Under the pieces are notes generated by a model, which saw nothing but the letters and a program-made list of their open reading frames with translations, ran no database searches and was not told the origin of the DNA. Of a stretch of 64,000 bases of DNA, positions 48,292-60,850 are shown in pieces (the first letter of the stretch is position 1; each line of letters opens with the position of its first letter). A program made the translations under genes and the position numbers. Source of the stretch: Podarcis muralis (taxonomy: Eukaryota); the NCBI RefSeq assembly GCF_964188315.1, contig NC_135661.1, positions 58,466,001 through 58,530,000 of the forward strand, written 5' to 3'.

Positions 48292-48533
48292 CAGTGGTAC
48301 CTTGGTTGTCGAACTTAATCCATTCTGGGGGTCTATTGGACACCTGGAACTGTTCGAAAACCAAGGTGCGGCTTCTGATTGGCTGCAGGAGCTTCCTGCA
48401 CTCAATCAGAAGCCACATTGGATGTTTGGCTTCCAAAAAATGTTCGCAAACCAGAACACTTACTTCCAGGTTTCTGGTGTTTGGGAGCCGATTTGTTTGG
48501 GAGCCAAGCCGTTTGACAACCAAGGCACCAGTG
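48292..48533. mobile_element. Tc1/Mariner MITE, second family
   Basis: TA|CAGTGGTACCTTGGTTGTC ... GACAACCAAGGCACCAGTG|TA. Confidence 0.8.
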
Positions 48534-49402
48534 TACTGACTGCAGCAACACTAATGTGGTGGTTTTAGGGATGAAACTCATCTATAGTCTCAAAAGGAAT
48601 TTATAGTTGCATGCCTTGATTCTCTTGCCTGCAAAATGGGTGCCTCATCCCAACTGTGTTTCTCTCATTTTTATTCTAGTAATAGCAAAGAAAGGCTACC
48701 ATTGTGTCAGTAACACAATAATTGTGATTTTCCCCCCTGCCATTTATTCTTAACCTCTGTAGTGAGGACTGTTTTCTTCTGTCTGCAGCCAATTTGTGAA
48801 GGAAAATAGGTTTGGAATAGTTATGGCAAAAAAAATGTGGAAAGTGAGATTTCTGGAGAAGATTATTAAGGAGAGTTAGACTGGAGAAGCGGAGGTGAGG
48901 GGTACTGAAGGAGATGTGGTAGCTCAGAACTGACAAAAGCATGCAAGTATTTCAGGGGTGAAAAGGCTGAGTGATCTCCCGGATGCTCCAGTTTTTGGTG
49001 TGTGTTTTCCTTGCTGGCTGTGCTGAAAATTCTTTGTTCCTAGGACTGACTGGCTTCCCCTGGAGGGTTATGCTACACAAGCCACATGGTTGAGGAGGAA
49101 GAAGAGTCTGCTTGGGTCCTAATGCCCTCTCTGTAGAAGGGTGACCTTGCATAGTTTTGGACTCTCGCAAGAGGAATGTAGCGAGAGAAGCTGCATTCCT
49201 GTTCCCACTTTCTCTGCTCCTTCAGGCACAGTGATTAGATATCCCATTAAAAAGCACAGGTTTTTCTCTCTACTTCTCCATTCCACTTGTGCATTTTAAG
49301 AACTCATATATGGACAAATAAGTCCTATAATCCTGGTACACCAGCTGGCTGCTTAACACCCCTGATGAATTTGATGTTCAGATTCAGGCCTATCTGCCTT
49401 TT

Positions 49403-49751
49403 GTGGCAGGCGCTGTGGGTTAAACGACAGAGCCTAGGACTTGCTGATCAGAAGGTCAGCGGTTCGAATCCCCGCGATGGGGTGAGCTCCCGTTGCTCAG
49501 TCCCTGCTCCTGCCAACCTAGCAGTTCGAAAGCATGTCAAAGTGCAAGTAGATAAATAGGTACCGCTCCGGTGGGAAGGTAAACAGCGTTTCTGTGTGCT
49601 GCTCTGCTTCGCCAGAAGCGGCTTAGTCATGCTGGCCACATGACCCGGAAGCTGGACGCCGGCTCCCTTGGCCAATAAAGCGAGATGAGCCTCGCAACCC
49701 CAGAGTCGGCCACGACTAGACCTAATGGCCAGGGGTCCCTTTACCTTTACC
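49403..49751 (+). mobile_element. Sauria SINE
   Basis: GGCGCTGTGGGTTAAAC..GGTTCGAATCCCCGCGATGGGGTGAGCTCCC..GTGCAAGTAGATAAATAGGTAC..CCCTTTACCTTTACC. Confidence 0.9.
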
Positions 49752-50463
49752 CTTTTAAGGGCTCCTAAAATATGTTAAATGGTGAAGGAGTTGATAGCCA
49801 GACTGGGAAATGCATTTTTCTGCCTGCAACTGTGGAGAGCATCTTTTGGACCAGACAGTAGTGAGCTAGAGATGAACCAGTTGTCCAACTTGTAATTGGG
49901 CAGTTCCATACATCAATAGATCATTGAAAGCCACTTTTAGCATAATGTGTGAATTGGCAATGCATGCTGACAAACCCCTGAATGGATACAATTCTCCTAA
50001 ATCAAGCCATTTTCAGACAATCTCATGCTGATTAGTCTGTGGGGAGATTAGACGATGTTGCATCAAGCAAATGTTATCTCACACGATTTCCTCACCACTT
50101 AACACAAAAAGTTCAAAGTGGGTTTGTTGTGCAAGAGCTCCAGAGCAACTTCAAATGCACTTCCTGAATTTGCCAATATTTGATTGAATCTCATCTGAAA
50201 ATAGCAGTAGTCTGAAAGCGCCCTAGTGTGCTCAGCTTCTGGTTGAGGTGATGTGTTCAGTATAGGTCAATGTAGATGGAGTATTCAGATTACTGGGTTT
50301 TTAAAGGTTTCTTGCCAGCATATGCATCAGCTGTTCTGGATGGGGTGGGGAGATACACTACTATGGGGAGGGACTGTGCACGAAAGGAAAGGCATTTCTG
50401 TGCTGATGTTCTGTTCCTGCATTTTCTTTCAGAGTCAAGAGGTAGTTCTTTGCTGTAGGAGCA

Positions 50464-53400
50464 ATGGAGATGCAATCTTACTACACCAAACTCTTGGGAG
50501 AGCTCAATGAGCAGCGGAAGAGGGACTTCTTTTGTGACTGTAGCATCATTGTGGAGGGGAGGATTTTCAAAGCCCACAAAAACATTCTGTTTGCCAACAG
50601 TGGTTACTTCAGAGCTTTGCTGATCCACTACATCCAAGACAGTGGCCGACACAGCACTGCTTCCCTGGACATTGTTACATCAGAGGCCTTCTCAATTATC
50701 CTGGACTTCCTTTATTCAGGGAAGTTGGATCTTTGTGGGGAAAACGTGATTGAAGTTATGTCTGCAGCCAGTTACCTGCAGATGACTGATGTTGTCAACT
50801 TCTGCAAGACATACATCAGGTCGTCACTGGACATCTGCAGGAAAATAGAGAGAGAAGCTGCCTTTTATCAGGCTGACAGTGGGAGCTCTAGTTCTGCTCG
50901 AGAGGGCACGTCGTATGGGGCAAAGAGCCAGTGCTCAGCGTCAGTTTCATCTCTGCAGGAGAAAGAGAGGGTTCCAGATTGCCAGCGAGACCCTCCCTGC
51001 GGGGAATGTTGCAGCTGCCACCCCATTCAGCTTGTAGTCCGGGACCCTGTAAGCAGTGACTCTCCAGATGACACAAATTCTTCACTGCCCAAAGTGGTAG
51101 AACCCAAAGTAGAGTTTGATGCAGACGAAGTGGAAGTGGAAGTTGGCGAGCGACTGCAGCAGTACCCAACACCGCTGACGATTGAGCAGATAGAGGAGGG
51201 GCTCCATAGTGGCCAGGCCATGGACCTGGCATGCAACAACTATCACATGAAGCAGTTTCTAGAAGCTCTGCTGCGCAACAGTGCAGCCCAGAGGAAGGAC
51301 GATGTGGTCCATCATTTTGTCCGCGGGTTTGAGGGTAGGCCAGAGGATGCAGGAGTGCCCATGAGTTCCGTGGTGGACATTCACAATGACTGGTATGGAG
51401 AGGATGCAGGTGAGATCAGATCCCATGAGGCTGGATGAGATTCTTCTGTTGCAGTGGATAGCTTTCTGGATGAAACTGTAGAAAGTTATACCTGCAAGGG
51501 GGAGCAAAGAATAAACATACATCCTGTTTTGATGACTTGTAACATTGCCTTGGCAGTGCACAGTACCAAGAGTTCACTTTCATTAGGGCCAACCAGAATG
51601 TTACAAAATCACAAGCAAGTTTTTCAGAATGGGCTGGATATTGGGCAAAAAGGGGTGGGGTGGGCAAGGGGCTGCAGGAGAGTAAAGGAGGAGGGTACAA
51701 TATACAAGCCTACAAATCTGCAGCATGTAACAGTCTTAAACTCGAGAGCAGAAGTCTGTTAACCAGACTGAATTAGCTGAGACTTTGCTTGGTGTAAAAC
51801 AGATTTCAGGTGGTACTGAGGACTGTTGGGGAAAAAAGAAGCAATTACTATTTGTCCCTTTATCTATATTTTAAAAGCCTCAAACAGTTCCCTGGGTCTG
51901 TCTCCAGCACCAAATGGAATGCAGGGGTCTTTTGTAAGCAGGTTAAGAATTCCATTGTGGTCTTTTTGTTAGCAAAGATGGAGAATAATTTTAGATGGTA
52001 CACTAAACAGTAATTCAAAGCCAAATTACGTGGCATCACTTCATGGTTGGAGGGCATATATAGCCTGCTGCCCCCCTCCCCAATGTCCTAGCTTCAGGTC
52101 GTAAAATACCTTTTTTCTTTCAGTTTGAAGATTTCTCTCCTGGAAGGTTAATAGAGTAATCCTATTCGAGTTTACTCCAAAGTAAGTCCCATAGAATTAA
52201 TTGCAGCAGGAAATTGCTGGACTGCAGACTTTTGGTAGAAATAAGCAGTGTTTATAACAAGCTTGAAATATCAAGCCTTGGGTGAACAGGCACAAACATC
52301 CTTATGAATAAAAAGCAAATTTTGTAGCATTTATTTTTTGCTGTTGATATGCAGAAAAATGGTTTGCAGTAGTATGTTGAGGCTGGGCAGGCTAGTAAAA
52401 AACCATGAAAAAGAAATGTTTGTTGACTCGGGCTTGACCTATGCAGACAGTGGAGCAATAAGAATCTCCCTGCGAGTAAACAGTCAGAACATCGGGAAGA
52501 AAGATTCCAGGCCTGCTAGCTATCACTTTGTGCTAGTTTTATACTTATAGGGAGTTGCATTTAGAAATGTTTTACCACCTGCAGCCTGAAGTAGTGCAAC
52601 CTGCAGGGGTAGTCCAGGTATCAGCCTTGTAAGGGAAGTTTGGCCTTAATTTCTGCCAGAATGAAATGGCCGACTATACTGCCTTGCTTCAGGCGTGTGG
52701 GTGAGGGTGTGTGAAGTATGAAAGCAACTTGATGCAAGTAGAAAGCTAGCATAACAGGTAACAAGCAGGACCAGAATCTTTCCTCCTGATATTTTTGTTT
52801 TCTATTTGCAGATTTTTATGTGTGCATTTTTCCAGGACAAGAGTTGCTATGTTTCTGTGTGGAATTTGGATGCATTTCCCCCAAAGAAAGCAATTCTTTT
52901 GCTGGGAGATTACATTTCCTTAGGTTCTTCTTGACCCAGCGCCCTCCAGCTGTTTTGGACTACAACTCCCTTGGCTGGGGTTGATGGGAGTTGTAGTCCA
53001 AAACATCTGAAGGCACCAGGTTGGAGGAAGGCTGCACTAAGTGAATTCCCACCACACCCTGATGCTGGGTCAGCTGTAGCAGTAGTGTTGTGTGGCATGT
53101 GTGTAACCTCCTCTTTCTCCCTCATATATTCTAAACCATAAAAAATGTGCTTTTCTTCAGTTACCAGCATTTTAAATTCTGACCCCTCTTCAAGAACAGC
53201 GAGTTGACACCTCTGAAATGCTTCTGTTTCCAAAGGTGATGTGCTGGTCGTGCCGATCAAGCTGCACAAGTGCCCATTCTGCCCATACACGGCCAAACAG
53301 AAAGGGATCCTGAAGCGGCACATCCGTTCACACACGGGCGAGAGGCCCTACCCATGCGAGATATGCGGCAAGCGTTTCACACGGCAGGAGCACCTCCGGA

Positions 53401-55083
53401 GTCATGCTCTGAGTGTAAGTCAGAGATGTGCAACAAGAGGCGAGTTAAAGAGGAAACTAAATTGTGGCGTGGCTGGTGCTGCTGTCACTCCCAGGACTCT
53501 GACAGCAGAATCCTTAACACCCGTTGATTTTAAAAAGCAGACTTCAACTAGTGCTAATACGCCCAGGAACCTCACCAAAATGCTGGAGAGGATGCACCTC
53601 CACAGGCACATACCTCCACATGTGGTGGGAATGTTCCAAAACCCAACTATTCTGGACAAGAGCCATACGAGAAATATGCAAAATAACTAAGCAAGTATTA
53701 GAAGTCACCCCAGAATTGGCCCTACTAAACATCTTCCAAGATAATAATGCCCACTACATCATAAAGAGCAGCCAGAATCATCATAGCCAGACACTGGAGA
53801 GACCTGTCAGGAGTAAGCATGGACCAATGGTACCAAATAGTATGGGAAACAGCCCTATTAGAAAAACTAATCAATAAACTGAAACTGACACGGGGACAAA
53901 TAGAAGAAGACGCCTTCACCCCGGTATGGCTCCCCTTTATCACATACGCAGCCCAACAAGACAGTGACAAGAATCCACCAACAGCATACGAATCAATATG
54001 GCTAACTTGATTCAAAAACACCCGCCCACCCCACTCACACATGAAAACAAAGTTCACCACAGCCAGTCACAAAAAACAGCCACACCCTAGGCCAATCCCA
54101 ACCTCTCTCACCACCAAACAAACACAAGCGAATAGTAAAGAGAACCCGCATAAGCAATGCTGGCACAAAACCTCACACATGCATTAAGTAAAATAGAAAC
54201 ATCGTCACCCAACTCCACCCCCACTCACCATGGCCCCCTCCACCTCTGTCCCCCTTTTCATCCTAATGTAACACTAATGTCTCAACAAATGAAACTGATC
54301 TGTAGAAAATGTAACTTGAAAATAGAGACATTGCACATAACTTTGTAAACCAAGAAATCTTTAATAAAAAATAAATTTTAAAAAGCAGAGTTCAAACCAC
54401 TTGTAGGGAACCTCTGCCCCCAACCCCCAGTATAATTGGGCCTGGCATGGCGCTGACTTTTGTCCAGGAGACGATTTTCTCCAAACTGATAGCCACCTGC
54501 TCCACACCTGGCATTGTATGTGGCAACCATTTTGACGTCCACTTTGTCCCATTTGCAGGTGGGGTTTGGATTCAGACCGCCCCTGGAAATGGACTTTTGC
54601 CCTGATCAGCAGTTAAATGGATCCCTTCTGAACCTTGATAGGTGGTTGGGGCTGCTGACCTGTCAAAATTGATCTGTGGGGAGTGCAGAGCCTGGCCAGA
54701 AGGCCAGATCCAGTTCAACCTGTCATGCTTGTGCCAGCCACTGACCCTTCCTGCTTTGTGTCATGATGCTCCAGGTCCATCGGTCAAACAAGCCAATCAT
54801 CTGCAAGGGCTGCAGGAGAACGTTTACAAGCAGCCTGTCCCAAGGCTTGCGCCGCTTTGGATTGTGCGACAGCTGCACTTGTGTTACGACTACGCACGAG
54901 GATTCGATGCCCATTAACCTCAGTCTGATGGAACCTTCGTCTGAAGGCCAAGAAAAGAGCGACCCAGACAACGACTGGCCCATCTATGTGGAATCTGGTG
55001 ATGAAAACGACCCCCCTGAAGATGATGATGCTGACCCTGATCCTGACGACAAGCAGGATCTCCATCGAGAAGCACTTATGTAG
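50464..55083 (+). CDS. ZBTB8B: Zinc finger and BTB domain-containing protein 8B, 477 aa, coding exons 50464-51409, 53236-53414, 54775-55083
   Basis: [26 protein letters not shown] (BTB domain); DWYGEDA|[60 protein letters not shown]|[22 protein letters not shown]. Phases consistent; total 1434 nt. Confidence 0.96.
52951..53005. mobile_element. Palindromic core of a hAT-type MITE
   Basis: Perfect 20-bp arms TGTTTTGGACTACAACTCCC / GGGAGTTGTAGTCCAAAACA with a 15-nt loop. Confidence 0.8.
53548..54379 (+). mobile_element. 5'-truncated L1/Tx1-clade LINE in ZBTB8B intron 3
   Basis: ORF2 C-terminal knuckle [15 protein letters not shown], then a 3' UTR and an AATAAAAAATAAA tail. TSD AAAAAGCAGACTTCAA / AAAAAGCAGAGTTCAA at a TTTT|AAAA site. 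Confidence 0.88.
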
Positions 55084-58000
55084 CAGCAAAAAGAGGGTGG
55101 GGAGATGTAAATTCTTTTTCTTATTTGATTTGTCATCTTGACAGCCGGAAAACTGCATATTTATCCCAAGTTGTGAAGTTTGTGGGGGTTTTTTATATGA
55201 ATAAATTCCATTTCCTAGAACAGGTAGGAACAACTGGACTTTTAAAATTCTGAAATGTCTTTTTAACTTGTTAGTGCTGTGCGCTATACCTTTGAAAGGA
55301 ATTGTGTGTCCAGGCTGAGCAGAGGCTATGTTCCTTGCAGACCTTCTTCCATCGTTTGGATATGAGGCCAGGCTTTGTCCCTTTATGGCCAGTAATCTTC
55401 CATGTTCCTGTGATCTTGCCTCTTCCCCCACCCCACCCAGTTTTTGCCTCTCCCTCTCTCTCTCTCTCCTCTCAGGATCTGGGTTTCAAACTTAATTCCG
55501 AGCTGCTGCTCTCTTTCCTGGACTTTTAATTCTACCTTAGAAATGTAGATGAGGACTTAATCAATGCAAACAAGGCTAAAAGTCCACCACCATTAAAGCA
55601 TATCCAAGAATGAACAGTTGTGTATACATAAATCTAGAAATGGCTCTTTTTATACAGTATTTTATTTTTTACTATACGTTTATAAAAAGTAAATACTGAC
55701 ACTTCTGTTCATCCTCAAGAAACCTGCGAGGAAGGTATCTAGTCAGGCAGCAGATAAACAGTATGCAGATTTCTATGGCAACCTTCTTGAGGGTCTGAGC
55801 CATTCAACCAGGCACTGACCGTTTTCGTAGTGCTTGAACCGGGAAAGGCCTTTCAGGGTTAGGCCATATATCTACTACTAGCCTCATACTTTTGATGAGT
55901 TTTGAAGTGGGACCAAACTCAGTGGTACAGAAAGCCCCAGGTAGGATCCTGGCAACATCACCAGCTAGAAGGATCAGGTAGCAGCAGGCAGTAGGAAACA
56001 AAGTCACTGCCTGAGGCCCCATTCTGGAGAGGAACTGCTGCTGCTGTCACAAATCAGCATAGAAAATAATGGGCTGGGTGGACATACCTTCCTATGAATT
56101 AGAGTATTTTTGTTACCAATCTGTCTGGAGACAGGTCCATCTGTTAAACATTTATTTAAGTAGGTAATTACTGAAGATGTTCTTCTCATTGTGCAGGCCC
56201 ATTTTTTTCCCTTAAGAAAAAACCAAAACAAAACCAGCATGCCTGCGTGCCTTTAATGGATTTGCAAAATCGCACCTGCTTATATCTCTTAAGCACCAGG
56301 AGAGCAGACATGGCAGCAGCAGGAAGTCCCTCACAATGAGGGGAAATGTGAGAGGGATAAATATAAAATCCTGAAGAGGATCTCATGAAATGCCTGAGAG
56401 CTGGCCATAAAGATGCTTGTTGGAATTGCAAGAACCTCAGTTTCCTCCCCCTCATTTAAGCAACAAACTACTCAAGGCTACAAGAACACCAGAGTTCTGG
56501 TCATTGTAGATGGAGATGGCATGAGTTGCCCCCTTCTCAAATAACTATACTCATGCAATTATTGTAAAAAATGTGAATAAGCAAGGTAGCTGGCCGCTCT
56601 TCTGCTTATACGACTTCTCTGACGTAGCCCCTGTGCTCTGGCTGTCCTACAAACCCCCCGCCCCCCCGTATATGTTCCTGCTACTTGTACAGTCAGTTGG
56701 TCGTATTTGTTGATCATCGTGGTTTCTACATTTGTACTGTCTCATGAATTGGTCTTGAGTACTATTCCTTGTTAAAATTTTCAGCTTGGGCTCCACCCTT
56801 TTCCTGTTGAATGGCAGGAATTGGGCTTCTTGAAGGATGTGAGGTTACTTGTTTTACTTTTCTAGTGCTGAATTTCTCTAGGCTATTAAACTGGCTGGAA
56901 AACTGTGAAATGTCTGTAGACATAAGATAATGAAGATACCAAAACTATCCAGTTAAAATCAAGGTGCATAACTGTACATGGCAGTTCCTAGCCATCTTGG
57001 TCATTTGAAAGATTTGGGATTATACCTAAACCTGCTTACCTGAATGACAATGGCACACTCAGGTTGGCCACCAGTCTTACAGGTCTGCCTTAATGAGGCT
57101 GGTGTTCCTGTTCTGTGTTGGGCAGCTCTGATACGGACTGTCCTGCAAACAGCATTCTGTCTAATTTGTGATGCTTGATGGATTATATTAACTTTTAACA
57201 TGCAGGTTTCTCCCACCTGCTTCTTCTTGAAATGAAGGTGTAAATTTTCTTGTGCATTCATAAAACACTACTGTAGAAGGGGTTATGATGTCATAAATGT
57301 AGCATTTTTATATCATCATGAGATTGTGCAGGATGAAACAAGGCAAGGAAAGAAGCAATAATCTTTCTTTTTTTAAAAAAAAGTTGTAACTGTATAGCAA
57401 AAGAAAAAAGAAAAAAAGATATTTACAATAGGCTCCCTTTTTCCTTAAAAGAACCAAGGCTCTGAAGACCACTTTTGTAAGGTGTCTTTCTGAATAGGTG
57501 AGATTTGCATAGTTATTGGAAAACACAGTGAGGGGGGGGGATGTAGTCTGATCTTTCAAGAAATTGGTCTTGAGAAACAATTTGAAAGGTTCAGCCCTGA
57601 ATGTTAGCAATGGCTTTCCCCAAAGCTGAGCACAAGGGAGCCTGGAGTTTACAAAGCAGTTGAAGGTGCTCTTGAACCTCTAATGAACAGAGTTGCTCAT
57701 TGAATGCAGGTTAGGGACACAATTTGTGCTCCTAACTCAGGCTTTGCCAACCTGGTGTCCTCCAGATGTTGAACTACAACTCAGCACGTACAGCACAGTG
57801 TGTTGGCAGAGGCTAGCTGTATTGCAACATTTGGAGAGCCTCAGGTTGGTGAAGGCTATTCTTAACCCATTAGCTCAGAACATTTGGGATACTTGCTCCT
57901 TTCTGTCCTCATTCGGACAGCTTATCACTTTGTTTTGAGTTCTTTAGAAACCACTGAAGACTTGTGATGCCCAAGATTTGTAATGGCTTGTATGCTAAAA

Positions 58001-59156
58001 CTGATATGAGTGGCTTTTCACACAGTGCGTCCTGGAGGTGCATAAGCAGAACTAGGAGGAAATGGACCACCCTTCTAGATTTGAGAGATGTGGATTCCTT
58101 TTAGGCTGCTTCTTTTGATTCTTAGAGGTTTTCTTGTGTACCTTGTGAGTAAAGAATGAATCTGTTGACATTTTTGTGTTATGGGAGTTGGAGTGGAACA
58201 GATTCCAATCTCATTCCTGTTAGGAGACTGCCAAAATAAGATTTCTAATTGTTTCCAAGTGGATCCCATGTGTCATCTTGTGTTTAATTGAAAATGATGC
58301 ACTTGACTTGCTCATCTGTGGCAGGTGTTTTGTAAGTGTAGTACATGCTGTGATTCTAGCTCACTTCCATGACGTGTCCTTGGAACCCTCCATTAAAAGT
58401 GTGCAAGCAAAAGAGATACTGCAGTTCTAAGAGACAATTTCATGGTGCTTAAAGAAGAAATAAAAAGCCACCTGAGCTTGCCATAACTAATTTTGCAGAG
58501 GGAGTTTCCTCCCCCCCCAAGTGTAATTTCCCTAGTCCCCCCCCCCCCTACATAAATATGCAGTTGGTATATTAATGGCACATTGTACTGCTAGGTAAAC
58601 CTCTTCATCTTGCAATCTTACTCCTGTCCTAAATGTTCATACTGTACTTGGAATTAAATCCCATTGATTTCAGTGGAAGTTGCTTTTTAAGCATTTATGG
58701 TGTCTGCCTTTCAGAAATTCATATGCTTGATTTTGTTAACAGTGAATGGTAACTTTATAGCCATAGCCCTTTTTAAACTTTTTTTTTTTACAAATGAAAG
58801 TTGAGATTAGGACCAATCTAAGAATATAAACATATATTAGAAATTATGACTCTTTAGGGAAATAATTCCTTTAATTTATGAAGTTTTAATCAAGGACTGC
58901 AAGCTAAATGGAAGCAAAAAACAAATTACTTTAAGTAAACAGAAAAGATCTTGGCTGAATTTCAAGCAGACAGCTCAATGTTCTCACATTCTGCATATGA
59001 TATGACTCTTCCTGTCATCTGTGTTAACTTGATTCTGTTCTGCAGGCATCCTATTGAAATCAATTGGACCAATGCAACAATGGATTGTGTGTGAATTTCT
59101 GAAAGTGCAGTCATATCACAGTTTGGATTTGCTGTAAGTGGATGTACTGACACAGC

Positions 59157-59395
59157 AACATGGAAGAGCCCTGCTGGATCAGGCCAAAAGTCCATCCAGC
59201 ATCCTGTTCTCTCAGCAGTCAACCAGATGCCTGTGGAAATCCCACAGAGAGGAGCCAAGCGCAAGAGCAACTCTTCCCACTTGTGATTTCCAGCAATTGG
59301 TATTCAGAGGCAAACTGTCCTGGAAGGTGGTACACAGCCATTCATGGCTGCATGAGTTTGTCTAATCCTCTTTTAAAACCATCCATGCCTGTGAC
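59157..59395 (-). mobile_element. Old CR1 3' end
   Basis: AACAT.GAAGAGCCCTGCTGGATCAGGCC..CCAGCATCCTG..GTCTAATCCTCTTTTAAA, the reverse of the family at 23290-23727. Confidence 0.6.
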
Positions 59396-60610
59396 TATTC
59401 CTATAGTTTTAACTGTGTCCTGTGGGAAGAAGTACACCATCAGTTTACAGGTTACTTTATATAGCTTCGTAAGGAAAATATTTGTAAAAGCTGCTCTGTG
59501 CTCCCAACGAGCTTTCAAAATCCTACACAGAACAGAGCAAGGGTAGGGAGAGATAAGGCTAGGGAGTGACTAATGCCATGATTACGGCTCAAGTACAAAG
59601 CTCTTTAAAAAAGTTTCCCTGAACATCTCAAAGAAAGATGCCACATTCTTAGTTGGTCAGGTAAGAGCTTGCACATAACTTAAGTCATATGCGCTTCATT
59701 GGCAGCAGGTGTTTTTTGCACATGTAGTTCTGATGTGTGTGTGCACCAAGAGCTGGGAGGGGGTCTTCTGTTTAACGCAGTCAGCACAGCTCTGTGTTCA
59801 CATTTCCACTGCCTGCACGGAGCTGCAACTGATATTACAGGGAATGGAGTGACTCATATTCCCCAAACTTGAGTTCTATGTGCCTGTGGAGCTTTGGACT
59901 GGAATATGGCCCATTTGACCTGTAAATTATAAACGACTCAGAAGCCATTTTGGCATATAAGTGGCTATATAAATAATAAATAGTAAGGGGGCCAAAGGTG
60001 TAAGAATTAAAGTGGTCTTGGTGGTATGCAGGGAAACGACCTGATCCGATTGCTTTCTTAACATACCAGGGCTCAAGAGACTAATCAGAACTGTGTGTTT
60101 ATCTGTGGGTCCCTAAAGGGAAAGTAGTACTGAAGTGCCATCACTGCCTGCCTAATTTCTGGTGTCTCCTTTCTGATGTTTGACTTGTGTCAGGGTAGAT
60201 CAGAAATAAACCAAAGTTGAGAATCTGCAGAGACCACCACTATAGCAGCTATTTTTATTTTGTCTTTTTCTTCCCGGGGAGGCGGGAGAAACAAATATGA
60301 AGTGCTTTTGTAATTTTGTTTCTGCAGTGGTGCATTATCAAGTCTTGTATGTTTAAACTGTTTATGTACTATACATGTTTATATAACTGTAGTCCAGTAC
60401 TTTTATAGCTGAAAATGTGAAAAAATAAATATCAAAATAACATTGAAATAACGGTGCCGCCTTCTATTTGTATGTAAGGTACTCAGCTGTGTAAGAAGGT
60501 AGTTTGGGGTGCACAAATAGTAGGGTGGTTTTCCAACCCACCCACTTCAGATGTAGACTTGGAACAGAGCATTTGCCTGGTGCTCCTGTGGTTGGAGTAT
60601 CAGACTAGGA

Positions 60611-60850
60611 ATTATTATTATTATTATTATTAAAATTATATACCTCCCTTCACCCGAAGATCTCAGGGCAGTTCTCAAGATAAAAGTACAAAATAAATTG
60701 ATTATACAAGAACTAAACTAAACAATAACCCCCCTTCCACAAATACATTTTAAAGGCTGTAGAATATTAATCAGCCAAAGGCCAAAGAGGAAATTATTCA
60801 TATGACACCTAAAGATGTATAATGAAGGTGCCAGACAAACCTTCCTGGGA
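60611..60850 (-). mobile_element. L2-like 3' end with (ATT)n tail
   Basis: Reverse copy of the 23040-23288 family (GAAGATCTCAGGGCAGTT..ACCTAAAGATGTATAATGAAGGTGCCAG). Confidence 0.55.

Noticed and set aside
50215-50232. CTCF-like GCGCCCTAGTG
   Set aside because: One base short in the core spacing; weak match.
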